Shown piece by piece: positions 1 to 10,400 of a stretch of DNA of 31,876 nucleotides. The stretch covers positions 244,789 through 276,664 of the forward strand of contig RQSC01000630.1 in NCBI GenBank assembly GCA_013416795.1, given 5' to 3'. Each line of letters starts with the position of its first letter. The stretch's first letter is position 1. The notes beneath the pieces are model-generated. The model saw only the letters and a list, made by a program, of their open reading frames with translations. It made no database searches and was not told the DNA's origin. A program made the translations under genes and the position numbers. The DNA comes from Prasinococcaceae sp. CCMP 1430. Taxonomy: Eukaryota; Plantae; Prasinodermophyta.

Positions 1-438
1 GCGCGCGATCCGCGGCCGCGCGGCGCCCCGCGGCCTCGCCCCGCCAACCGTTCCCCGGCGGACGCGCGGCCCCCACCGAGGAACATACATGGATGGATGT
101 GCCTCCCTTGGTTGGTGTCTGTGCTCCGGCCGGGCCCCGGCAGGCACGCCGCAGGCAGAGGAGCGCACAGGAACGTAACGGCGCCGAGCGCGGCGGCGGC
201 GCGCCCCCGCCGGAGGGGGGAAGAGGAGGGAGGTGCGTGTGCCCGGCGCCCCAGCAGCCAGGTGCCCTGCCGTTCCAGCCGACAGCGATGGGAGGCAGGG
301 GGGGAGGGGGGGAGGCGCGACGCTCCGCCGGAGTGGGAAGCAAGGCGGCCTGCCCGGGTGGCGCAGGCGGCCATGCCCTGCTCCGAGGCAAGCGCGCCGC
401 AGCAGCTGCGAGGCCGCATCCCGTTCCCGCAGGCTTTA

Positions 439-1054
439 CTACAGGCCCGCAGCGACAGCAGCAGCACGCAGCGGCGGCTTGAGCACCGGCGCATCAGCGT
501 CGTCGTGGGCAGCGGCAGTGGGGCTGGCATTGGCAGCAGCGGCGCTGGGGAGGAGAGAGAACTGTCGTGATGGTCGCTACCGTCGTCGCTGCCGGGGTCC
601 TCGGCGACGGCGAGCGCCGCCCGCTCGGGGCCCGCCTGTTCGTTCACCGCAGGAGTCACGTCGACGCCCTGTCTCGATGGCAGCAAAGGTCGAGGCCACA
701 AGCACCGGAATCGTAAGGACCGAGCGGCGCCTCGGTGAGCGGCGCAACTTGGGCGAGCGGCTGAGCGCGCCCGCCGTGCCAATGAGCCTCGCCGTCGCGC
801 TCAGCCCTCGGCGGCGCGTCTCCCGCCTCGCGACAGGTTTAGGCGTGCCCCACGTCCCCCTGTTTGAAGGGCCAGGCGAGGGGCGCAGCAGACATGTCAG
901 TATGGCCGACCGGCACCATTTCGCTGTCCATGAGGATGGACCCCAGCAAGGCGGCGTTGTGCATGTCACCCTCGCCGCGCGCCCTGTCGAGCAGCAGGCG
1001 CGTGAGCGCACGCGCCAGCCTGCCTGGCCACAGCTGCACAGCTGCACAGCTCAT
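439..1054 (-). pseudogene. Possible degenerate coding remnant
   Basis: Protein-like stretches in shifting minus frames (LLDRARGEGDMHNAALLGSILMDSE...GHA*TCREAGD; VNEQAGPERAALAVAEDPGSDDGSDHHD; SAAAANASPTAAAHDDADAPVLKPPLRAAAVAAGL*) are separated by stops and frameshifts. No recognised family. Confidence 0.22.
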
Positions 1055-1077
1055 GCGCTCATGCTCATGCGCTCATG
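1029..1077 (+). repeat. Short tandem repeats (CACAGCTG)x3 and GCTCAT(GC)x4
   Basis: cacagctg cacagctg cacagct catgc gctcat gctcatgc gctcatg. Confidence 0.7.
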
Positions 1078-1298
1078 GGTGTCCATAAACCCTGTGAAAA
1101 CCCATATGCCCAACCCAATCGCGACGACGGAAAAGGACAAAAAGTGGAAAAAAGTGGCGCCTGGGGAAAAAACGCATTGGGGTGCGGCGGCCGGCTCATA
1201 TGTGCGCGCCACACGTCGCGCGGCCCTGGAGGCGAGGCGCGGCGGCCGGCGCTCGGCGATCGCTCCCAGGGCCGCTCTCCCGGCGGGTTCTGAATCAT

Positions 1299-2240
1299 AT
1301 GCTATCCGCTCTCGGCGCCGTCGCCGCGGGACTCACGCCCGAGCGCATCGCGCTCGCCCTCGTCGCGGTCGCGTCCGTGCGGCTACTGCTCGCGTTCGTG
1401 CCTGCGCTGCTCCACGGCGGCATTTCTCTTGGTCTTTTCCGTGAGCGCGAGCGAATGGCGACAGCACCCCAGTCAGAGCCGGAGGAGGAGATCCCGGATT
1501 ACCCCGAGGCGGAGAAGGCCGACTTCTCGCTCGAGGCCCTGCGTGCCTTCGATGGCAGCGACAGCTCCAAGCCGCTGCTCGTAGGCTGCAAGAGCAACAT
1601 CTACGACATGGCCAAGGGGAAGGACTTCTATGGCAAGGTGAGCGGTAGGGTTCGGGCCGTGGCGGACTGCCCTGCGCGATGCCCACGCCGCCCCCCTCAC
1701 CTGGTGCCCGCGCGCCCGCCTGCCGTTTACTGATCGACGCGCCACCTGTGCGTGCGCTCGTGCAGGGCGGTCCCTACAACTGCTTCGCAGGACGCGATGC
1801 GAGCGTCGCGCTCGCAAAGGTACGCCCCGCGCCGAAGCGTCGGCGCTGCGATGCTGCGGGCACGCGCGCGCGGGCGATGCCGCCTCGACCACGAGGCGAC
1901 GCGCGCCCCTGGCCATGACGAACACGGCACTCTCTTTGGTCCGAGGCAGCGGGAACGCTGTGACCGTGCGGATACAATTTGCTCAACCAGCTACTAGACC
2001 TGAGCCACACGCGCGTCCCAGCACGCGCGCCGCCCGCACTGCCCGATGCTCTGGAGCTGACACTTGGCCGCGGGCGCCGCTGCGCTGGGGCCGGCGCGCT
2101 CGCAGATGGCCTTCAACGAGGAATACCTCGCCGCCGACTGGGAGAACTACAAGATGAGCCAGTCCGAAAGCGACATTCTGGACGACTGGGAGAAGAAGTT
2201 TGCGACGAAGTACCCTCTCGTCGGCAAGATTCTCAAGTAG
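1299..2240 (+). CDS. Cytochrome b5-like heme/steroid-binding domain protein (MAPR/MSBP/PGRMC1/Dap1 family), 3 exons, ~175 aa
   Basis: Exons 1299-1637, 1766-1819, 2106-2240 are joined by phase-0 GT-AG introns (AAG|gtgagc...tgcag|GGC; AAG|gtacgc...cgcag|ATG). The spliced protein has an N-terminal hydrophobic segment, then FSLEALRAFDGSDSSKPLLVGCKSNIYDMAKGKDFYGKGGPYNCFAGRDASVALAKMAFNEE...ILDDWEKKFATKYPLVGKI, the MAPR signature. An alternative in-frame ATG lies at 1455. Confidence 0.93.
1910..2007 (+). ncRNA. Intronic box C/D snoRNA guiding LSU (25S) rRNA 2'-O-methylation
   Basis: Lies inside the 286-nt intron 1820-2105. Terminal stem TGGC (1910-1913)/GCCA (2004-2007); box C ATGACGA (1915-1921); D' CCGA (1941-1944); internal hairpin CAGCG-GGAA-CGCTG (1947-1960); box D CTGA (2000-2003). 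The guide AACCAGCTACTAGAC (1985-1999) is the reverse complement of the conserved LSU rRNA segment GUCUAGUAGCUGGUU. An extra flanking stem GACGCGCG/CGCGCGTC is present. Confidence 0.85.
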
Positions 2241-2308
2241 TCTCGAGTAGTCTCGAGTGGCGCCGATGCGCCGCTCTTGGCGTGGCGTCGGACCTTCCGG
2301 CCGCGCCT

Positions 2309-2313
2309 TGTAA
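2309..2313 (+). terminator. TGTAA green-algal-type polyadenylation signal of the MAPR gene
   Basis: TGTAA lies ~70 nt after the stop at 2240, in an AT-richer convergent 3' UTR region. Confidence 0.5.
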
Positions 2314-2416
2314 AGTCAAGACATAGCACGCGATTTCCGCTGGCGGCAGAGCGCACTGCAAAGCTGCACCCTGCGCGTGCGGTCGCTGAGCCATTGGTAC
2401 ACGTACACGCTTTTTG

Positions 2417-2421
2417 TTACA
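2417..2421 (-). terminator. TGTAA polyadenylation signal of the minus-strand hypothetical gene
   Basis: TTACA on the plus strand, ~55 nt downstream of the minus-strand TAA at 2474. Confidence 0.5.
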
Positions 2422-2473
2422 CACACAAATGGGCGCTGTCGCGCCGCTCTCCCGAGGTCCTCGCTGCGTGAGA

Positions 2474-3045
2474 TTACTCATCGCCGTCTTCCTCGCCCGC
2501 TGACACATCAATGCTGTAGAAACCATGCGCGTGCTCGCCGTGCGGGTTGGACACGCGGTCGGCGATCATTCTCTCTCCGTAGGTCCAGTCGTCCCACACG
2601 ACATACTCCCCCGTCCGCAGCACCTGCAGCGACAGATCGGTCAGAGCGGCGCGTGCGGTCAGAGCGGCACTAGAGACGTGCAAGACGTGTGCTCGCGCAG
2701 CATCATCCCCAGAACAACGCCCATGCGCGCGCTGGGGGACGAGGGGGGGGAGGGGCCGCCGCACATGCGCTTGCGCTGCGGCTTGCGCTGCTCAGCCGCC
2801 CAAGTGCGCACCTGGAATGTCTCCGTTTCGACGTGGTCCAGCCAGCCCGGCATGAGTGGTTCGTCTTCGCCCTCGGGGAGCGCCTCGAGCAGTTCCACCT
2901 CGACTGATCCGAGCCCCATTTCGACCACCACGCCGAACTCGGCCGCCTCACCTTTGGTGACGCGCACGACGTCGCCGCACACTGGCAGCTCAGCGGCCGC
3001 CGCGGCGGCCGCCCGCATCGCAGCCGCGGCAGCGGCTTTCGCCAT
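2474..3045 (-). CDS. Hypothetical protein, 2 exons, ~127 aa, with an acidic beta-rich domain and NPHGEHAH motif
   Basis: Exons 3045-2812 and 2623-2474 are joined by a phase-0 intron (TTCCAG|gtgcgc...ctgac...gctgcag|GTGCTG). Spliced sequence: [54 protein letters not shown]...ETFQ/VLRTGEYVVWDDWTYGERMIADRVSNPHGEHAHGFYSIDVSAGEEDGDE*. The start codon is uncertain because the frame is open upstream. Confidence 0.75.
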
Positions 3046-4488
3046 CGACCCCGCCCGCGCCGCCTCGCGTCGTCCCACGCGCGCGCTGTGCACCCTGCCG
3101 CCCGCCCCCGCATACCGACCCCCTCCCAGTCCCCAGCTTTTTGTTGTCCGCGCTCTTGCTTTGGGTACGAATTCGCGTGTCAAGCACTTTTGAGGTATAG
3201 TGGGAACAGGGTTGCAAAGGTGTTCCCCCGATCGGAAGCGTTCCCCAAAGCGGTCCCACCCAGCGCGCGCGATGGCGCGCGGGCGACGTCGGCCGGCGGC
3301 GGCAGGGAAGGGGTGGCGGGAGCAGCCGCTGGGGCGGGGAGGCGCGCGCATGGCGGACGCGCGCGCGCGGCCCCCTCCCGGCGGATCAAACGGCAGGCTC
3401 GCGAGCAGGGCAGGCGCACCGGCGGATTTTATTTCCTGCCGCGCGTGGATGCGCTGCGATGCGGGGGGCAGCGCCGGCAGGGGCGGGGGCGCCCCGCGGT
3501 CTCGCGCGCGGCGCGCCCCGGCGGGCGCGCGGGGCCGCGAGGTGCTCGGGGGGCTCACTCCCCCCGTGCCCTCCGCCCCGGTACGTCCGACCCCCTCGCG
3601 CCCTGCGCAGGTGGCCGAACTTTTGCGCCAGGTGAGGGCTGTCCTGCTTAGGGCGGAGCGCGAGGCTGCGCGTGTGGGAAGGGAAGAGACGGGTGGGGGG
3701 GAGGGGCGTTCCCCGAGAGCGGCGACGGCGCGCAGCAGCCGCGGGCGGGGCGAGTGGGTGAGGCGGGCGCGCGCGGCGAGGGGGAGGGGGAGCGGGGTGA
3801 GAGCGAAAGATTGCTGTGGCCGCGGGCGTCCGCGTGCCAGGGCATCCCCTCCTTCCCTCCGTTGCTCGATCGCGCGGTCGAGGACACGCGTGGCACGCCG
3901 CGCGTCGGGGGGGCGGGCGAGGGCGCGGCGGCGGCGCAGCGCTCTCGCCCCGTTCTCCAACATGCATTTTTTGCTGGGCGCGCACGAGAGTGGGTCCGCA
4001 GCCGGTCGCGAACCCGAATATGCGCGGCGACGCTGGGCGCGTATCGCGCCCCCCGACGGTACACGCGCGTGTGGCGGGGTGGGTCGTAGCATCAGAGGAC
4101 ACTGATCGTCTGGCGCCGACGCGTGGCTGCGTGGGGTGGGATGGGGGGAGACGTGCAGCGCTGCGCCTCTAGCCTCTCAGCTGCGAATCTTTGAGGTCTT
4201 TCTCTGGGTGGCGGTGGGGACGCCTGCGCGGGGACCGCCACGCCTCATCGCGCATGCGCTTGGGTTGGCAAAGTCGCGCTGGGGCACGGGCTGACACGCG
4301 CGGCGCACGCGCGCTGTCGCCATCGCCGACTCTGATCACAGGAGGTCGAGCGTCGAGGGGGGGGCGTCGAAACACGGCGTCGAAACACGCGAGAGCGTGG
4401 ACACTGTTGTGAGAAGCTGGAGGTTGGGCGAGGGTGAGGCGAGGGTGGTGGTGACGAGGGGGTGGAGAAGGCAGTGGGCGCAGCCTCG

Positions 4489-7400
4489 ATGGCGTCATCA
4501 GCGCGCTGGATCGGCGAGTGGGACATGAATGGCACGCTCGCTCCGCAGGGCATGCAGCGCGTCGGCGGCGGATTCCGCCCCCGGCCGAATTCGCCAGGGC
4601 GCGGCTCTCCGTCGTCGCCGGGCGCTGCTGCGGTGTCGCGCGCCACGCTGCGCGCGATCTCAGAGCCGCTGGAACCGTACAGTACGGAGGACCTTGATCT
4701 GCTCGCCGAGATCCTGCGGTCGGCCGAGGATCGCGCGCTGCGCGATGCTAAGCGCGGGCGGCGTGCCGTCGAAGTGACGCAGCTGCGCGTGCTGCAGGCG
4801 TACGAGGCGGTGCTCCGCGCTGTCGGAATCGACGCGCAGGAGGACGAGTACTTCTACAGACCTGTGCTCCAGATGTGCCTCGACCCGGAGCCAGACTGGT
4901 GGCGAAAATTTGATGCCCTGTGCCGCGACAACGCCGATAAGGCCGCGTGGCTGGAGCGCGCTCGTGCCCTCGGCGCCTCGCCGGCGCCGTCGGCAGCGAT
5001 TGAGACGCAGACGCAGACGCCGCCTGTCCAGGACGTTCCGCCACCGCTGCCCCAGAGGGATGCACTGACCGAGACGCAGGCGTACGCACTTTTCAAGCTG
5101 TTGTCGATGGCCTTCCACGGCTGGGCGCAGCAGGCATCGTCGGCCAGCGCCGTGGCCGCAGCGCGGCGTCGCGCCGTTGAGAATTGGATGGTGGCTGTGT
5201 CGTTCTGGGAGTGCCGGGCGAGCGCCAATGCGTTGCGTCGCTGGCGTCGGCGCGGGGATGCCATGCGGGGCGTCGCCGAGGCGTTCGGTGCCGGTCGGTC
5301 GCGGCGGACCAGGTTCAGGCAGTGGAGATCGGCCGCGCGCAGCAGCTGTGACGGGCGCAAGCGCGGGCAGGCGCGCGCCATCGCCATGTGGCGCGGGAAT
5401 GCGCTGGGTGCGGCGTTGCGGCGCTGGCGGCAGGGCGCAGACGACGACCGCGCATTCGCGCTACGCTGCATGGCCTCGTGCGCAGACACGCGCACGCGCA
5501 TGTGCATGCGCGGATGGGCTAGCGTGGCGCACAAGCTGGCGCTCACGGAAGCGTGCGGGCGCGAGGCCGAATACCTGGCCGAGCGCGGGATGAAGACGCG
5601 CACCTACATGCGCTGGCGGGCCGCTTACAATGAGCGTGTGCGCCGCCGCACGCAGATGGGTAGGGCTGTCGCCGCCTGCCGCTTGCGCACGCTCGTGGCC
5701 GCCCTCAACACTTGGAGGCACCGGGCCACCACCCTGATCCACTACCGCGAGTCGGTGCAGCTCAGTCTCGCCAACATCAGACTGAATCGCGAGCGCGCGG
5801 CGCTCGCGCGGTGGGTTGAATTTGCGCACGAGCGGGCTGCAGTCAAGACAAAGACTGCAATGGCGGTCGCCAAGATGCAGTTTTCGCTGGCGGCGCGCGC
5901 GACCGCCCGCTGGACCGCGTACGTGCAGGAGACAATCAAGCAGCGCGTGAGGCTTGAGCGCTGCACGCGGATCCTCCAGTGTGGCATCGGACGCAGAGCG
6001 ATGAACCAATGGAAGGGGATTGCCCTCGAGCACGCGCGACTGAGGCGCATCGCTGGCTATGCTCTCAAGCGGACGCAGCAGCGGCAGGTGTCAGCCGCTT
6101 TCGAGCGTTGGTGTGTGCGCGCTGCTGAAATCGCAGATGAGCGCGAGGCAGCAGGCAAGGCGGCGCGCTATTGGCTCAACCGCACGGTTGGCAGCGCGTT
6201 CGACTCCTGGTACGAGAAGACGCAGGACTTTAAGGCCCAGCGTCAGCAATTGCGCAAGGCTGTGGCGTGGTTCACCACGCGTGCGTCGGCTGTTGCGTTC
6301 CAGACGTGGATGATCCGCGTTGAGGAGGCCTCCGCGCAGCGCGATGCGCTGACATTGGCCGTGCGCTGGTGGATCAGTCGCTCGGTCGGCGCGGCATTTG
6401 AATGCTGGGTTGAGAAGACCACGAGCATGGCACACGCGCGTGAGTTGGCCAACAGGTCGCTCCTGCGTTTGCTCAATGCAACCAAGGCCGCCGCCTTCGC
6501 TTCCTGGAGCGCCAACGCGAAGTCCTTCAGGCACGAGCGGGAGCTGCTACACAAGGCGGCGGCGCTCTGGCGCAACGTCGAGCTGCGCAAGGGATTTGCA
6601 GGCTGGGTGGCAACCGTGGCGGCGATGCGAGCTGCGGAGGCTGCCCTCTTGCGCGTGGCCAAGAATATGCTGCACCGGCAGCTGTCGAGCGCTTTCGAGG
6701 CATGGATTGCTTTTACCGCCGAGCGGCAGCGCAAGGCAGTGCTGGTCGCCAAGGCGGTGGGCTGCTTCACGCGGGGTGCTATCTCGCGCGCGCTTAACAC
6801 ATGGATCGAAGTCGTTGCGGAGGCCAAAGACGAGAATGACAAAATGGCACGCGCTCTCGTGTACTTCCGGGGGCGTGCTGAGCAGCTCGCTTTTCTTCAG
6901 TGGCAGGAGAACGCCTCGAGGCTCGCTTACCAGCGCGAGGCCCTCGAGGGGGCCATAAGGCGTCTGAACATGCGCGCACAGGCCGCTGTGATGGCGCGAT
7001 GGGTCGACTACGTCGTTGAGGTCGAGGAGATGCGCATGCTGGGGGAGCGTGCCGCGCGCTACTTCCGCAACAGCACTCTCGGGGCGGCCTGGCGACGCTG
7101 GCTGGCCTATGTTGAGGAGCTTGAGGAGGCCCGCGCGTTGGTCCAGCGCGCGGCGTCCTTCTGGATCAACCGCGCCCTGCTCGGGGCTTGGTCACGCTGG
7201 ATGGACTTCGCTGTTGAGTCCGTCGACATGCGCTCCAAGCTGCGCGTTGCCGTGCAACGCTTTGCCCACGCCAAGTTGGCGGCGGCGTTGCTCTCGTGGC
7301 GCGAATGGGTGCCCGCGAACAAGGAGAAGGTGCGCAAGGTCAGCATGGCAGCTGCATTTATGACCAAGCGGAGCATGGTCGCTTCGTTCGCAGCGTGGAA

Positions 7401-10400
7401 GCGCGTGTACGAGGCGCACAAGCGAGCTGTGAATTTCTTCGTTCATAGCGCGATGTTCCGCTCATTCCTGCAGTGGCGCGAGGGTGCGCTCTACCAGAAG
7501 GAGACCTTCCACAAGCTCCAGCAGGCTGCTGCGCGCATGATGAAGCGTCAGCTCAGCGCCGCATTCACAACGCTGAAACAGCACGTGGATGACATGCGGA
7601 AGGCGCGCCAAGCGATGATCTGGTTCGCGAACTTAGCATTGGCGAAGGCATTCAAGCGCTGGTGTGATTACGCCGTGGAGGTGCAGGTGGCGCGCGATCA
7701 AGCCGAGAAGGCGATGCGGCTGTGGATGAACACATCGACACGGCAGGCATTTGCACGCTGGGAGGAGTTTGCGGTCGAGTCAGCCGAGCTCCGCGCAAAG
7801 ATGCTGTACCTCGTGAAGCGCTTCTCCATGCGCGCCGCCGCCGCGGCGCTCTCGAGATGGCTCGACTTTGCGGTCGAGTCGGCGGCCATGCGCGACGCTG
7901 TGCGGCAGGCCGTAGCGCACTGGGTGAAGAAGGAGCTCGTTGTTGCATTCGAGCGCTGGTGCAACTTCGTGGTTGCGCAGCAGGAGGATGCCGAAAAGAT
8001 GGGCAAAGCACTGCGTCGCTTGCGCAACCGTCAGCTCACGGTGGCGTGGGAGCGCTGGACAGACGCTGTGGAGGAGATCTTCGACATGCGCGCCAAGCTT
8101 GAGAAAGCGCTTCGCCGCTTCGCCAACGCCGCGGTGTATGCTGCGTACAACGCGTGGGCTACCCTCGTTGAGACGAGGATTCGCCAGCGCGCTGCCGTGC
8201 GCAAGTCCCTTGGGCGCGTCATGAACCGCGAGAAGGCGGCAGCGATGGTACAGTGGCTGTTCTTCCTTGAGCGCAGGCGCGCGCGCTACGCGGCGGAGGA
8301 TCACTACCGCGCGCACCTTGCGAAGGCTATGCTGAGGTCGTTCGCGCACAGCGCCAACATCGCCAATCTCGCACGCAAGGGCATGAGGCGCTTGCTGAAC
8401 AGGCAGCTGTCCGGGGCCTGGGCAGTATGGACAGGGTACATGCAGTACTTGCACGAGCAGCAGGAGCAGGCGCTGTCCATGCAGGGCCGCGTGATCGCGC
8501 GTATGAGGAATGCCGCGCTCGCCGGGGCCTTCAACAAGCTGCGCGAGCACGCGCGGCAGTCGGGGGGAGCCAGGCGTATCCTGCACCGCATCGTCAACCG
8601 CAGGGCACTCGCTGCGCTCAACGGATGGTGCGCGTACGTCGCACGGATAGCGGGCGTGCGCTCGATGCTGTCGCGCATACTCGGTCGCATGGAGGCAACA
8701 TACCTCGAGGCCTGGGCCGAGTACGCCGCTGAAGGCACGCTCGCCCTCCGCCTGGCTGGTGTCGCGCGCGAGGGTGGGCGGAAGGGCACGCTCAAGCGCG
8801 AGTCGAGGCGGTTCGTCGGCCTGCTGCGCGTATGCGGCACGCGGGGCGCCAGGGCCGTGAAGGGCTGGAATCAGTGGCAGCGCGCGATGGCCCTCCGCAA
8901 GCAGGAGCGCCTGCTGAGCAAGATTGCATACGACAACTTGTACGGCAGTATTGCCGGGAAGGCATTCGCTGCGATGAGGCGCGGAGTCGTGGAGGGCAGG
9001 AAGGAGCGCAGTGCTGACGACGTGTGGTCGAAACTGCTGGCGCGCAAGACCCTGCGAGCGTGGCAGGTGCACCATCGCCGGCAGGCGGTGAAGACCAAGG
9101 CCTCAATGAAGGCCTTCGTACACTGGGCAAAGGGGGCTGCGGGTGTCGCGCTCACGCTCTGGCGTGATTGGGCGCGCGAGCGACGGCACGCGCGCTTCGT
9201 GAACACCGCAGCGCTGGTGGCATACGCCGACATGTTGCGCCGCAAAGCGCTCATCTCGTGGGCCGATGCGGTGGTGCAGCTACGCGAGTGGCGCGTATTC
9301 GTCGATGCGTACGACGCACGCATGCTCGTACTGCGCACCGCACGCGTGCTGCAACAGTGGCGCTCGGTGGCGGCAGACCTTGCGGAGCTGCGCCGCGAGG
9401 TGAACGACTTCCATGCGCGCTCGGTGGCCAACCGAATGTCCGAGTCCATGCGGCAGTGGCTACTGCTCGCTCGCACGCGCCGCGTGCAGCGCTCGGGCGT
9501 CACAGGCATGATCTTCGGCCGCTATCAGGCACAGGCTTTCATCGGCTGGTCGGACGTCGCGAGCGAGCTAAAGCGTGAGCGCCGCGCGCGTCACCTCGCG
9601 GCCACCTACTTCGTTGGCAAGGTCAGCCGCGAGGTGTTGATCGCCTGGCGTCGCGAAGCCAGCACCGCGCGCAAGCACGAGCGCATCATGCTCAAGGTCG
9701 CTGCCAGGATGCGCACTAAGGCGCTGGCATCGTCCTTTGCCGGCTGGTCGGAGACTGCGACCCTTCTCATCAAGCAGCGCGAGGCAGCGCACCGTGTGCT
9801 TGGCCGCGTGATGAATCGTACGCTCGGGATGGCCTGGCGCAGGTGGCGCGAGAACGTTGCGGAGCTGGCGCACATGCGCACTTGCCTCAGTGCCGCTGTG
9901 TCCATGATGCGCAAACGCAAGCTCGCGCAAGGATGGAACACTTGGAAGGCGTACTACGCGTATGAGACCTACCTGAGGGGAAAGCTCGCGAAGCACTTCG
10001 CGGCGAGATTCAAGCGCGACAAGGAGGCCTTCTTCATCGAGTGGCGCACGGTTGCGCAGTACGAGATCGAGGTGCGCGAGAAACTGTCCAGGTACGTCGG
10101 GCGCATCATGCACGGTGCCATGGCCGGCGCGTGGGCCACTTGGAAGGGCTGGTGGCAATCTTCGAAGCAACTCAAGCGTGCGGCGCGTTATCTGCGCAAT
10201 GCGGCGCTCGGCAAGGCGTGGCGCTCGTGGGCGCAGTACTACTTGCTCTGCAAGGTCGGCCGCGCGGTCTCGCAATACTCGCGCAACCTTCTCTACAAGA
10301 GCATGCAGAAGCTCAAGACCAACGCGCAGGAGGAGCGCAAGAAGCGCAGGCAGAACAGCGCAGCGCTCCTCTTCGCCTCGGGGATGGTGTGCAGCCGCCA

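Noticed and set aside
2659-4105. Long 477-aa and 301-aa ORFs across the intergenic region
   Set aside because: These are Arg/Ala/Pro-rich low-complexity frames expected at this GC content. Only 3045-2812 is supported, as an exon.
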